DNA of 64,000 bases from Lapillicoccus sp. (GTDB lineage Bacteria > Actinomycetota > Actinomycetes > Actinomycetales > Dermatophilaceae), in the NCBI GenBank assembly GCA_965277795.1, contig OZ255840.1:3493566-3557565 (forward strand), written 5' to 3'. The notes beneath the pieces are model-generated. The model had not been told where the DNA came from. It saw nothing but the letters and a program-made list of their open reading frames with translations, and ran no database searches. Positions within the stretch are counted from its first letter, which is position 1; every line of letters begins with the position of its first letter. Position numbers and translations under genes: made by a program. This document shows positions 1 to 9,631 of this stretch, piece by piece.

Positions 1-2109
1 CATCTCCTGCTCGCCTCCCAGCGCCTGGAGGAGGGTCGGCTGCGCGGCCTCGACAGCCACCTGTCCTACCGAATCGGTCTGCGCACCTTCTCCGCCGCCG
101 AGTCCCGCAGCGTGATCGGCGTCGGCGATGCATACGAGCTGCCGGCAGTTCCCGGGCTGGGGTTCCTCAAGCCCGACCAGTCGTCCCTCTGGCGGTTCAA
201 GGCCGCCTATGTCTCCGGTCCGCCCAAGACGCGCGGCCACAACGCGGCAGCCGGGTCCACCACGGCCCGGCGCGAGGCCCTGGCGTTCATCCCCGGGGAG
301 GTGGTCTCTCGCCTCGAAGCCGAGGTGGTCGAGAGGGCGGGCCTGGGGTCCGAGGCGCTCGCGCCGCAGGAGAGGCGCAGCGTCTTCGACCTGTCCGTCG
401 CCGCCATGACCGGCCACGGGCCGGCGGCGCATCAGGTGTGGCTGGCCCCGCTGGACGTCCCAGACACCTTCGACCAGCTGTTGCCCGACCTCGCCGTCGA
501 CACCGAGCTCGGTCTCGTGTCGCGCTCCTGGCGTTCGCGGGGCCCACTGCGGTTCCCGCTGGGCACCGTCGACATGCCGCGCGAGCAGAAGCGCGACACT
601 CTCCCGGCGGACCTGTCCGGTGCAGCCGGTCACGTGGCCGTCGTCGGTGCTCCCCGCTCCGGCAAGTCGACGCTGCTGCGCAGCATCGTCACCGGGCTGG
701 CGTTGACCCACACGCCGCGCGAGGTGCAGTTCTACGTCCTCGACTTCGGCGGCGGCAGCTTCACCGGGCTGCGCGACCTCCCGCACATCTCCGGCATCGG
801 GACCCGGTCCGAACCGGACGTCGTGACCCGCATCGTCGCCGAGGTCAGCAGCGTCGTCGACGCCAGGGAGCAGTACTTCCGCGCCAACGGGATCGACACC
901 ATCGAGACATACCGCACCCGGCGAGCGATCGGAGAGGTCGACGACGGCTGGGGTGACGTCTTCCTCGTGGTCGACGGCTGGAGCACGATCCGCTCTGACT
1001 TCGACGAGATCGAGCCCGAGCTGCAGGTTCTGGCCCAGCGCAGCCTGACGTTCGGGGTGCACCTCGTCACGAGCACCACCCGCTGGATGGACTACCGCTC
1101 CGGCATCCGCGACATCCTCGGCACCCGGTTCGAGCTGCGGCTCGGCGACGTCATGGACTCCGAGATCGACCGCAAGCTCGCCCAGAACATCCCGACCGAC
1201 CGCCCGGGCCGGGGCATCGTGCAGGCGAAGTACCACTTCCTCAGCGCACTGCCCCGCATCGACGGAGACGGTAATGCCGGCTCCCTCGGTGCCGGTGTGC
1301 AAAAGATGGTCACAGCCATCCGCGACGCCTGGCAGGGCGCACCCGGGCCCAAGCTGCGGCTACTGCCGACCAGGATCACCCTCGAGCAGGTCCGCGAGAT
1401 GGCCCCGGACTCCAGGCAGGTCCTGCTGGGGATCAACGAGCGTTCCCTCGCCCCAACGGCCTTGAACGCCGCCCGCGACCCGCACCTGCTCGTCTTCGGC
1501 GACGGCCAGTCCGGCAAGTCCTCCCTGCTCCGGTCCTACATGAGCGAGGTCACCCGCCTCTACTCCCCGGACAAGGCGCAGCTGTTCATGGTGGACTACC
1601 GCCGCGCCAACCTCGGGGAGTTCCCCGACGAATGGGTCGCGGACTACGCGACCAACGCCGACACGGCCGCCGCCCTCGCCGGCGGGCTGGCGGAGTTCCT
1701 GCGTGAGCGGTTGCCGGGGGCCGACGTCACGCCCGAGCAGCTGCGCAACCGGTCGTGGTGGGAGGGCAAGGAGGCCTTCGTCGTCGTGGACGACTACGAG
1801 CTCGTCGCCACGAGCATGGGCAACCCTCTCGAACCCTTGCTCCCGTTGCTGGCTCAGGCCGTCGACATCGGGCTGCACCTGGTCGTCGCCCGTCGCAGCG
1901 GCGGCGCGGGCCGGATGTACGACAACCTGGTCACGACGCTGCGCGACCTCGCGCAACCCGGGATCGTGCTGAGCGGCGACCCCGCCGAGGGCGCCCTCGT
2001 CGGGCAGCTCCGGGCAGTTCCGGCGGTGCCCGGCCGGGGCCGGATGCTCACCCGGGACGGCTACAACCTCATCCAGGTCGGCTGGACGCCCTCGGCCCAC
2101 GGCGGTTGA
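1..2109 (+). CDS. eccC: Type VII secretion FtsK/SpoIIIE-family ATPase EccC, C-terminal portion (5' end lies outside window)
   Basis: Reading frame is open from nt 1 (HLLLASQRLEEGRLRGLDSHLSYRIGLRTFSAAESRSVIGVGDAYELP...). Two Walker-A modules (GAPRSGKSTLLRS and GDGQSGKSSLLRS) in a tandem FtsK-like ATPase arrangement typical of EccC/EssC. Stop at 2107-2109. Confidence 0.8.
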   Translation, partial: HLLLASQRLEEGRLRGLDSHLSYRIGLRTFSAAESRSVIGVGDAYELPAVPGLGFLKPDQSSLWRFKAAYVSGPPKTRGHNAAAGSTTARREALAFIPGEVVSRLEAEVVERAGLGSEALAPQERRSVFDLSVAAMTGHGPAAHQVWLAPLDVPDTFDQLLPDLAVDTELGLVSRSWRSRGPLRFPLGTVDMPREQKRDTLPADLSGAAGHVAVVGAPRSGKSTLLRSIVTGLALTHTPREVQFYVLDFGGGSFTGLRDLPHISGIGTRSEPDVVTRIVAEVSSVVDAREQYFRANGIDTIETYRTRRAIGEVDDGWGDVFLVVDGWSTIRSDFDEIEPELQVLAQRSLTFGVHLVTSTTRWMDYRSGIRDILGTRFELRLGDVMDSEIDRKLAQNIPTDRPGRGIVQAKYHFLSALPRIDGDGNAGSLGAGVQKMVTAIRDAWQGAPGPKLRLLPTRITLEQVREMAPDSRQVLLGINERSLAPTALNAARDPHLLVFGDGQSGKSSLLRSYMSEVTRLYSPDKAQLFMVDYRRANLGEFPDEWVADYATNADTAAALAGGLAEFLRERLPGADVTPEQLRNRSWWEGKEAFVVVDDYELVATSMGNPLEPLLPLLAQAVDIGLHLVVARRSGGAGRMYDNLVTTLRDLAQPGIVLSGDPAEGALVGQLRAVPAVPGRGRMLTRDGYNLIQVGWTPSAHGG

Positions 2110-2248
2110 CGCGCCGCGCGTTGAGCAGGCCCCGAAGCCGCGGCTTCGAGGGGCTCAACCCCGCGACTCGACGCTGCGTCAGGCCACTCGACGCCCCCTA
2201 CATCGGGGGGCCGGTGGCCCGACGCTGCATCGAGTCGGGGTTCCGCGA

Positions 2249-2773
2249 TCAGGTGCGGGGGGCGTCCTGCGGGGCGCCGGTCCCCGTGGTGGGTGTCGAC
2301 TCGGCCGGCTGGGTGTGGGCCCGGCGGTTCCAACCGGCGGTCCCACGCTGCCACCAGCCCCTTTTGAAACCGACCACGACGACCGCCACGATGGCGATGA
2401 AGGGCCACGGTCCGGCGTGGTGCAGCCCGGCGTCGCGACCGAACACGTCCGGGATGACCGACAGGGCGGTGACGACCAGCAGAACGATGGACGACGCCTC
2501 GCCGCCGCGAAGAGCGCGCTCGAGCCGGATCCGTCCCTGAGCGTCCGGCAGCATCAGCCAGGCGAGCAGGTACAGCGGAACGCCGACGGTCACAACGGCG
2601 AGGGCCACCAAGGCCAGGCGGACGATCGCTCGGGAGACGCCGAGCCGTTCGGCGATGCCCCCGCTGACGCCGGCGATCGCACGGTCCTGGGACCGGATGA
2701 TCGGGCTGCGTCGAAGGGTGGCGAAGAACCGGTCGAGGGCCGGCGTCGGGGTGGAGGCGGGTGTCGTTGTCAT
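2249..2773 (-). CDS. PspC domain-containing membrane protein
   Basis: IAGVSGGIAERLGVSRAIVRLALVALAVV matches PspC N-terminal domain. TM segments follow. Start moved to the internal ATG (MTTTPAS...). Confidence 0.7.
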   Translation of the reverse strand: MTTTPASTPTPALDRFFATLRRSPIIRSQDRAIAGVSGGIAERLGVSRAIVRLALVALAVVTVGVPLYLLAWLMLPDAQGRIRLERALRGGEASSIVLLVVTALSVIPDVFGRDAGLHHAGPWPFIAIVAVVVVGFKRGWWQRGTAGWNRRAHTQPAESTPTTGTGAPQDAPRT

Positions 2774-2852
2774 GCACTCATCGTGAGCCGCGCCGGCCCG
2801 CAGCACAGTGCGGATCGTCCCTGACCAGACCCTGAACCGACCCTGAGCGCCC

Positions 2853-3476
2853 TCAGCGGGTCACGGCGGAATCGACCTGGGGACGGTACCCACCACGCAG
2901 GGCGGCCAGCGTCGTCAGTGGCGTGAGGACGTCGACATCGCCGCGTTGCGGCGCCGGCCTTCCGACGGCATACCCCTCGGGTGTCCATGGGATGATCCTG
3001 TTGCCCCACAACAGGTTTGGGGCTCCATCGACCAACACAAAGGCGCCGTCGGGCAGATCGTGCCAGGCGAGCCGACGCGCGTTCTGACGGGAGGTCCGCG
3101 GCACCAGGCGCTCTTGGTGGAGCCGGTGGTCGAGCGCCTTGGCGGCGAGCATCGCGGTGCCGCCCTCCGTCTGCGCGACGGCGGCGCGGAAACCCTGGTA
3201 TGCCTCCCGCCGACACAGCGCGCACGGCCGGTGTCCGGCGGCCAGGGCCACGGCCTCGTCGTGGAAGAACAGCGGCGTGTAATGGTGCGGCTCCCACTGC
3301 CGTGCGCGCCAACCCCGGAAGGAGAGCTCGCAGATGATCCAGAGCGAGCTGGCGTGGTGCCGCACGATGTGCCCGGTGTCGTCGTGCAGGATGCCGCGGT
3401 TGCCCATCCAGGCTCCGCGCAGAGCGATACCCGTGACCTCCCCGGTCGGCGTGACCCGGTTCGGACGCGGGCTCAC
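2853..3476 (-). CDS. Conserved hypothetical protein
   Basis: 207-aa ORF with 4-nt overlap (ATGA) with the upstream epimerase gene, so translationally coupled. No family recognised from sequence. Confidence 0.45.
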   Translation of the reverse strand: MSPRPNRVTPTGEVTGIALRGAWMGNRGILHDDTGHIVRHHASSLWIICELSFRGWRARQWEPHHYTPLFFHDEAVALAAGHRPCALCRREAYQGFRAAVAQTEGGTAMLAAKALDHRLHQERLVPRTSRQNARRLAWHDLPDGAFVLVDGAPNLLWGNRIIPWTPEGYAVGRPAPQRGDVDVLTPLTTLAALRGGYRPQVDSAVTR

Positions 3477-4318
3477 GCCCGCCAGCCGTGCTCCGGAGCG
3501 AATCCGATCAGTTGACGGGCGCGAGCGTTGGACAGGAGTGTCTCGTGGCCAACCAGCTCGTGACGCACCTCGACCCCGGGAAAGACGGCGGCCATCAGGT
3601 CAGCAGAGGTGCGCTCCATCAGCGTGTCGTCGTTGGCGATGATGAGGTTGACGGAGCCGGTGGTGTCGGCCTCCAGCGCGTTGCGGCAGGCCGCCGCAGC
3701 GTCCCGGACGTCGATGTAGCCCCACAGGTTCCAGACGCGAGCCATCGGGTCGTCCTGGAACGACGGGACCCGCGCGTAGTCGGCCTCGAGGAAGATGTTG
3801 GACAGGCGCAGCCCGACGAACGGGATGCCCGACCACCGGGAGACCTGCTCAGCCATCGTCTCGGTAACTACCTTGGACAGCGCATAGGTCGACTCCGGAT
3901 GCGGGAAGTGGTCCTCGTCGACAGGTGCGTAGTGGGGCGGGCTGTCGGGACCGAACGCCAGGCCGAGCGTCGTCTCGCTGGACGCCCAGACGACTCGCTT
4001 GAGCCCGAGCTGTTGCGCCGCAAGGAAAATATGCGCGTTCATCGACACGTTGTCGGTCAATGTCTTTGCTGGAGTACGCAGCCCAGGCGCAGGGATGTTC
4101 GCGAGGTGTACGACGGCGTCTGCGCCGGCCAGGAGCTCGACAACCTGTCCGTGGTCGGTCAGATCGGCCCGGATGTAGTCCCCCTCGAAGCCGTCCGGCA
4201 TCGGCGCAGTGTCACTGGCGGTCACCTCATAGCCGTGTGCGGCGAGGTCGGCGGCGGCCGCGCTGCCTGCCTTGCCCGCGGCACCGGTGACGACGACATC
4301 TCTCAGCGTTGGGGTCAT
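3473..4318 (-). CDS. NAD-dependent epimerase/dehydratase family protein (extended SDR)
   Basis: N-terminal Rossmann motif VVVTGAAGKAGSAAAADL. YxxxK (YALSK) catalytic motif. Confidence 0.8.
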   Translation of the reverse strand: MTPTLRDVVVTGAAGKAGSAAAADLAAHGYEVTASDTAPMPDGFEGDYIRADLTDHGQVVELLAGADAVVHLANIPAPGLRTPAKTLTDNVSMNAHIFLAAQQLGLKRVVWASSETTLGLAFGPDSPPHYAPVDEDHFPHPESTYALSKVVTETMAEQVSRWSGIPFVGLRLSNIFLEADYARVPSFQDDPMARVWNLWGYIDVRDAAAACRNALEADTTGSVNLIIANDDTLMERTSADLMAAVFPGVEVRHELVGHETLLSNARARQLIGFAPEHGWRA

Positions 4319-4428
4319 CCCCGCATTATCGCGACATCGCCGGGTTGCTGGTCGGCGGCACCTTCAACGGGTTCACGACCCTCCGCGTGGTCGATCCCTC
4401 AACGTCGGTCCTGAGGCTGCGGGGTCGC

Positions 4429-5061
4429 TCAATGCTGAGCAGCCATGACAACCTTCGCCATCGCGATGTCGTGGGAGTAGTCGTCCCCGAGCTCAGCGTG
4501 CGTCGATCCCTTGACCTCGACGCACTTCGCGCCATCTTTGACCACAATCCCGATCTGGTAGCCGAAGGCGGCATCGCCTATCCCGGAGACGGAGGTGCCC
4601 GGTCCCTCGGCGTCCTGTAGTTGCGCATAGCAGTCATGGACCGAGATCACCGCCACTATCAGGTCGTAGATGTTGACCGGATCATCATGCTGCCCAGCGT
4701 TCTTGTATGTGCACTGGTCCCAGCCGGTCGTCACGTGCTGAAGACTCGCCCCCGCGTAGGTCACCTTGTTGATGGACGACGCCTGGGCCGGCGTCATCAG
4801 CGAGCACACGTCGCTCGCGCCACCTGCGGATACGTTCGGCGATACCTCCGGCGTGCTCGCCTGCGACTGGGCAGTGGACGCGTCGGTCGTGGTGTTTGTC
4901 GTGGTGGCGGTCGTGGTGTGCACGGCTCCGTTCGCGGCTCCCGTCGACAGGTTCGCCCCCGCGGGATCGCCGGAAGGTGTGTTCGATCCGCTCGAACAGC
5001 CGCAGAGGGTCAGGCTCACGGCCAGGAAGCCGCCGACCGCCAGCACCAGTATTCGTCGCAT
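4429..5061 (-). CDS. Secreted lipoprotein (DUF3558-like)
   Basis: Signal peptide plus lipobox LTLCGC. Thr/Ala-rich linker. Conserved Cys residues. Confidence 0.55.
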   Translation of the reverse strand: MRRILVLAVGGFLAVSLTLCGCSSGSNTPSGDPAGANLSTGAANGAVHTTTATTTNTTTDASTAQSQASTPEVSPNVSAGGASDVCSLMTPAQASSINKVTYAGASLQHVTTGWDQCTYKNAGQHDDPVNIYDLIVAVISVHDCYAQLQDAEGPGTSVSGIGDAAFGYQIGIVVKDGAKCVEVKGSTHAELGDDYSHDIAMAKVVMAAQH

Positions 5062-5463
5062 TCTCGCTCCTCAGACGTCAGACCCCGGTCGGACTACGGG
5101 GAGAGCTGAATGCCATCAGCCCGCCGTAACGCCTCGGTAATGCGCGGCCCGCGGCCCGCGGTGGGGGTATGGCTGAGGAACCTCGGTTCCCCGCGGGGCT
5201 CGACCAGCAGCCGCCGCCAGTAGCTGACGGCGAACGCTGGGAAAGGCGCATCCTGGACCAGGCGGGGTGTAGCGTCCAGGCAGGTCAGCAAGACCGGGTT
5301 CGGGAGAGTGCGGCCGTCCGCTGCTGCACTCGGAGAGCATGAGCTCGCGCCGGACGCCCTGGTGATCCCACGCGATCGGGAGACGCCACATGCCACGCCC
5401 CTCCATTCGATCGAACGTGGCTGCCCTGTTCGCCGGCATGGTGCGCCAGGTGCTGAGTACGCG

Positions 5464-6651
5464 GTGAACAACGATCTGGTGCTGGTCTTGGTGGTGGTGA
5501 CGGCGTTGGCGTTCGACTTCACCAACGGCTTTCACGACACTGGCAATGCGATGGCGACGTCGATCGCGACCGGCGCTCTGCCACCGAAGGTCGCGGTTGG
5601 TATGTCCGGCGTCTTGAACCTGGTCGGGGCCTTCCTGTCCTTCAGCGTCGCCGCAACGATCGCCAGCGGCCTGGTCGTCGCGCAGGTGGTGACGTTGACC
5701 GTCGTGTTCGCCGGGCTGGTGGGCGGTATCGCGTGGAACCTGGCCACCTGGTACCTAGGGATCCCGTCGAGCTCATCACACGCCCTGATCGGTGGGGTGA
5801 TCGGCTCGACGATCGCTGCCGCCGGACAGTCCGCAGTGCAGTGGCAGGGCCTGGTCTCCAAGGTCCTGCTCCCCGCGGTGTTGTCCCCCGCGATCGCTGG
5901 GGTGGTGGCCGCGACCGGGACGTACCTGGTGTACCGGGTCACCCGGGGCATTGACTCTGGAACGCGCAACCGCGGGTTCCGAATCGGCCAGATCGGCTCG
6001 GCTTCGATGGTGTCTCTGGCGCACGGGACGAACGACGCCCAGAAGACGATGGGCATCATCACCCTGGCTCTGATCGCGAACGGGTCGCTGGCCACCGGTG
6101 TCAAGGCTCCTACGTGGGTGATCGTCAGCTGCGCCGTCGCGATCAGCGCCGGCACGTATTTCGGCGGTTGGCGCGTCATCCGCACCCTGGGCAAGGGGCT
6201 GGTGGAGATCGACCCACCTCAGGGACTCACCGCGGAGACCGCATCCGGAGCGATCATCCTCATCTCCTCGCACTTCGGGTATGCCCTGTCGACCACTCAC
6301 GTCGCCACCGGCTCCATCCTGGGCAGCGGGGTCGGCAAGCGCGGCGCGGAGGTCCGCTGGCACGTCGCGAGGCGAATGGTCCTCGCCTGGTTGCTCACCC
6401 TGCCCGCGGCAGGAGCCGTCGGCGCCGCTGCCTATGGCATCACCGTTGTATTAGGAGAGACCGTCGGTGTGATCGTCCTGTTCGTGGGCCTCCTGGCTGG
6501 CGGTGCCGCGGTGTTTGCGGCTGCACGCCGGGACGCAGTCACCTCGGCCAACGTCAATGCCGACTGGGACGGCCGTGGTGCGCAGACGACCAGCCATACA
6601 CCGGGAGCCGTCCAGCCCTCGGAACCGTCGCAGACGGGACCAGGCGTATGA
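5464..6651 (+). CDS. pitA: Inorganic phosphate transporter, PiT family
   Basis: ALAFDFTNGFHDTGNAMATSIATGAL PHO4 signature, second repeat HGTNDAQKTMGII. Start assigned to in-frame GTG at 5464 (VNNDLVLVLVVV). The upstream 156 nt of the track ORF is not PiT-like. Confidence 0.85.
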   Translation: MNNDLVLVLVVVTALAFDFTNGFHDTGNAMATSIATGALPPKVAVGMSGVLNLVGAFLSFSVAATIASGLVVAQVVTLTVVFAGLVGGIAWNLATWYLGIPSSSSHALIGGVIGSTIAAAGQSAVQWQGLVSKVLLPAVLSPAIAGVVAATGTYLVYRVTRGIDSGTRNRGFRIGQIGSASMVSLAHGTNDAQKTMGIITLALIANGSLATGVKAPTWVIVSCAVAISAGTYFGGWRVIRTLGKGLVEIDPPQGLTAETASGAIILISSHFGYALSTTHVATGSILGSGVGKRGAEVRWHVARRMVLAWLLTLPAAGAVGAAAYGITVVLGETVGVIVLFVGLLAGGAAVFAAARRDAVTSANVNADWDGRGAQTTSHTPGAVQPSEPSQTGPGV

Positions 6652-6908
6652 ACTCCTGGATCAATGTCAGCGCTGTCGCCAGGGTGTTCGTCGTCGGTTT
6701 GCTTGCAGGTGCCGGGTTACCGGCCTTGTTCGCCATTGGCCTGCGCGCGCTGGCGCCCGCCGGAGCCGGGAACGGCACCGCTCCCGGCTCTCATACCCAG
6801 GGTCACGTTGCAGGCCGCCGGGTGGCCGGCATCGCTCTGTCCGTGGTCTGCTTCGTTATCATCCTGTTCTGCGCGGCCTTGGGCATCGCTTTGCTGATAA
6901 GGGGTTGA
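6648..6908 (+). CDS. Small membrane protein (2 TM), translationally coupled to pitA
   Basis: ATGA overlap with pitA stop. MNSWINVSAVARVFVVGLLAGAG... two hydrophobic helices. Confidence 0.5.
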   Translation: MNSWINVSAVARVFVVGLLAGAGLPALFAIGLRALAPAGAGNGTAPGSHTQGHVAGRRVAGIALSVVCFVIILFCAALGIALLIRG

Positions 6909-7210
6909 TGTCGATGGCGCTGGCGGGTTCCATTCAGTCCGTCGTGACGTTCCTGCGCAAGGGTTACCCGGACGGAGTCCCCGTCCACGACTATCAACCA
7001 TTGTTCGCGCTGCTGCGCCGCCAGCTCTCGCATGACGAGGTCGCCCTGGTAGCCGGCGAACTGGCCGCCACGGGCGACGCCGCCTCGGCCGACGCCATCG
7101 AGGCTGCCATCCGGAACGCCAGCACCGTCGTGCCCACCGACGCGGACATCGCTCGTGTCCAGGCACACCTCTCCGCGGGTGGCTCGGCCGTCACACCACC
7201 CGCCCAGTAG
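6908..7210 (+). CDS. DUF3349-like protein
   Basis: TGATG 1-nt overlap with upstream ORF. YPDGVPVHDYQPLFALLRRQLSHDEVALVAGEL resembles the actinobacterial DUF3349 signature. Confidence 0.5.
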   Translation: MSMALAGSIQSVVTFLRKGYPDGVPVHDYQPLFALLRRQLSHDEVALVAGELAATGDAASADAIEAAIRNASTVVPTDADIARVQAHLSAGGSAVTPPAQ

Positions 7211-7216
7211 CCCACC

Positions 7217-8941
7217 GTGGCAAAGATCAGCGACGCCGTTGGTCCGAGCGGGGACACTACTGGTGCCAAGGCTAATCACTTCCCCCTGCTGCAGGGCGTC
7301 TTGCCGCTCTCGATGCAACGCGTTCCCAGGGAGGCGTTAGCCGGACTGAGTCTCGCCGCGCTCGGCATACCTGAAGTCCTGGGTTACGCCCGCATCGCCG
7401 GCATGCCTGTCGTGACCGGCCTCTACACCATGCTCCTGCCGATGGCGGTCTTCGCGGTGCTGGGCTCCTCCCGTCACCTCGTCGTGGGCGCCGACTCCGC
7501 GACGGCGGCCATCTTGGCGGCGGGCGTCGCAGCCCTCGCGATTCCCGGGTCACCTCGATACGTGCAGCTCGTCGCTCTCGTTACGCTCGTCACCGGCGCG
7601 TTCCTGGTGATCGCACGGGTGGCTCGCCTCGGATTCTTGGCGAACTTCCTGTCCCGCACGGTCCTGGTCGGCTTCCTTTCGGGTGTCGGTTTGTCGGTGG
7701 CGATAGGGCAGCTGCCGGAACTGCTCGGCGTCACCGTCCACGCCGACAATGCCATCGGAAAGCTCATCGGTTCCGTAGCGGCAGTGCCGCGCGCGTCCCT
7801 AGCCACGGTAGGTGTGGCACTGGCCGTGCTGCTCGGTGTTCCGCTGCTCCGCAGGGTCGCCAAACGGGTTCCCGGAGCCCTGCTCGCCGTGACCGCCTCC
7901 ATCGTCGTCAGCGTGCTCTGGCACTTCCCCTCGCACGGAGTGGAGGTCATCGGCGATGTGCCCGGTGGCCTGCCCCCTCTGCAAGCTCCCACAGTCACCG
8001 CGCCGGACACCTCGGCGCTTGCGCTGACCGCGGTGTCGATGGCGGCGGTGATCCTGGCGCAGTCAGTCGCCACCGCCAGCGCCTACGCCAGCGCCTACAA
8101 CGAAGACCTCGACCCGAACGCCGACCTGCTCGCGCTCGGGGCGGCGAACGGAGTCGCCGCCTTCACCGGGAGCTTCGTCGTCAACGGCAGTCCGACCAAG
8201 ACCCAGATGGTGGACAGCGCCGGCGGCCGCACGCAGCTGGCGCAGCTGAGCTGTTGTGCCATCGTCCTGCTGGTTCTGCTGTTCGCCAGCGCCCCGCTGG
8301 CGAACCTTTCCGTCGCCGTGCTCGCGGCGGTCGTGTTCCTCATCGGGGTCGAGCTCGTCGATGTAAAAGGCCTCGCCGAAATCATGCGAGTCCGGCGCAT
8401 CGAGTTCGCGTTGGCTTTGCTCACAGCGGCGGCCGTTGTGGTCTTCGGTGTGGAGCAGGCCATCGTGCTCGCCATGGTCGCCTCGATAGTCGACCACCTG
8501 CGGCACGGCTACGCGCCGCGCACCCAGGTGCTGACGCGCCAGCCGGGCGGGCACTGGCTTGCAGTGACCGCAAGACCCGACGTGCGGACCCGAGAGGGTC
8601 TGGTGATCTACCGGTTCCCGTCCAGCCTCTACTACGCCAACGCGCACAAGCTCGCCGCCGACCTTGCCGCCTTCGCATCATCCACCGCTGCGCTCGACTG
8701 GTTCTGCATCGACTGCAGCGCGCTCAGCGACATCGACTTCACCGCTGCCCAGACCCTGCGCCGGGGGATCCGACGGTTCTCTGAGCAGCGCACAAGGGTC
8801 GTGTTCTCCGGCACCGATCCAGCCGTCCTCGAGCAGCTCACCGCGCACGGTTTCCTGCCACCCCTGAGTTCCGACTGCTATCCCACGCCAGGTGCCGTCC
8901 TCGACGCATACGAAGCAAGCAATCGACGCGAGCCGACATGA
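7217..8941 (+). CDS. SulP family inorganic anion transporter with C-terminal STAS domain
   Basis: GLSLAALGIPEVLGYARIAGMPVVTGLYT N-terminal SulP motif. Multiple TM segments. STAS domain (LVIYRFPSSLYYANA...). GTG start. Confidence 0.85.
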   Translation: MAKISDAVGPSGDTTGAKANHFPLLQGVLPLSMQRVPREALAGLSLAALGIPEVLGYARIAGMPVVTGLYTMLLPMAVFAVLGSSRHLVVGADSATAAILAAGVAALAIPGSPRYVQLVALVTLVTGAFLVIARVARLGFLANFLSRTVLVGFLSGVGLSVAIGQLPELLGVTVHADNAIGKLIGSVAAVPRASLATVGVALAVLLGVPLLRRVAKRVPGALLAVTASIVVSVLWHFPSHGVEVIGDVPGGLPPLQAPTVTAPDTSALALTAVSMAAVILAQSVATASAYASAYNEDLDPNADLLALGAANGVAAFTGSFVVNGSPTKTQMVDSAGGRTQLAQLSCCAIVLLVLLFASAPLANLSVAVLAAVVFLIGVELVDVKGLAEIMRVRRIEFALALLTAAAVVVFGVEQAIVLAMVASIVDHLRHGYAPRTQVLTRQPGGHWLAVTARPDVRTREGLVIYRFPSSLYYANAHKLAADLAAFASSTAALDWFCIDCSALSDIDFTAAQTLRRGIRRFSEQRTRVVFSGTDPAVLEQLTAHGFLPPLSSDCYPTPGAVLDAYEASNRREPT

Positions 8942-9616
8942 GGGGCGGGTATGCCGCTCGCAGCCGGGCGAGGTGATGCCGGCCGATGCTCTTGGGCGAC
9001 GCCGCGTCGGGCGGGAAACCAGCAGCTGGCCGAATCACCCAGGCGAGCCGGAGAGCAGCTCCGCACACACGCGGCGTTGTCCTCCGTGTCGTGCGCCGTG
9101 GACTGCACCCCCATGCGGGACGGCAAGGGCGCTAGGATGGAAACGCTGGAATCCCAGCAGGTCCGAAACGTTCCGGCCGTCCGCCGCCGGTCCCAGGAGC
9201 AGTCGCTCCGTCCCGGACGACCCGGTGATCGTCGTCCGTCAGGATCACCATGTACGCCGCCGCAACCGACCGCCGTTCCCCGCACCACGAGCGGCCGCCC
9301 CTCGCCAGCCGGCGCCGAGCTGCGGACCAGCTCCCGGAGCCGGCAACGGTTCTTTCCGGCCCCCCGGCCGACGCGGTGACCCCAGTCACGGAATCGCTCA
9401 GCTACGAGGCCTGGATCCGTGGAGACGGACTGCGCCCCGACTGACGGGCGCATCACGCCCCGCGACCTCGTATGCAGCGCCGAACACTCGTGAGGCACCA
9501 CCACCGCCTCGCTCGACGACGTCCCGAGTTCCTACCGGCTCGACCTGGCCTCCGGGACCGCCTCGCGAAACGGGATCGTCGAGCCAGATTGCCGCCGGCA
9601 CCGTTGACCTACAGAT

Positions 9617-9631
9617 CTGGTGGGCCCCGTG
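9617..9631. repeat. 15-bp direct repeat (target-site duplication) TGGTGGGCCCCGTGG, left copy
   Basis: Identical to 10994-11008, which is the 3' end (including CCA) of tRNA-Lys. Flanks the IS481-family element. Confidence 0.65.

Noticed and set aside
5308-5463. Upstream extension of pitA to the ATG at 5308
   Set aside because: The extension (MRPSAAALGEHELAPDALVIPRDRETPHATPLHSIERG...) is not PiT-like. Homologous PitA proteins start at the hydrophobic LVLVLVVV segment, and an in-frame GTG is present there.
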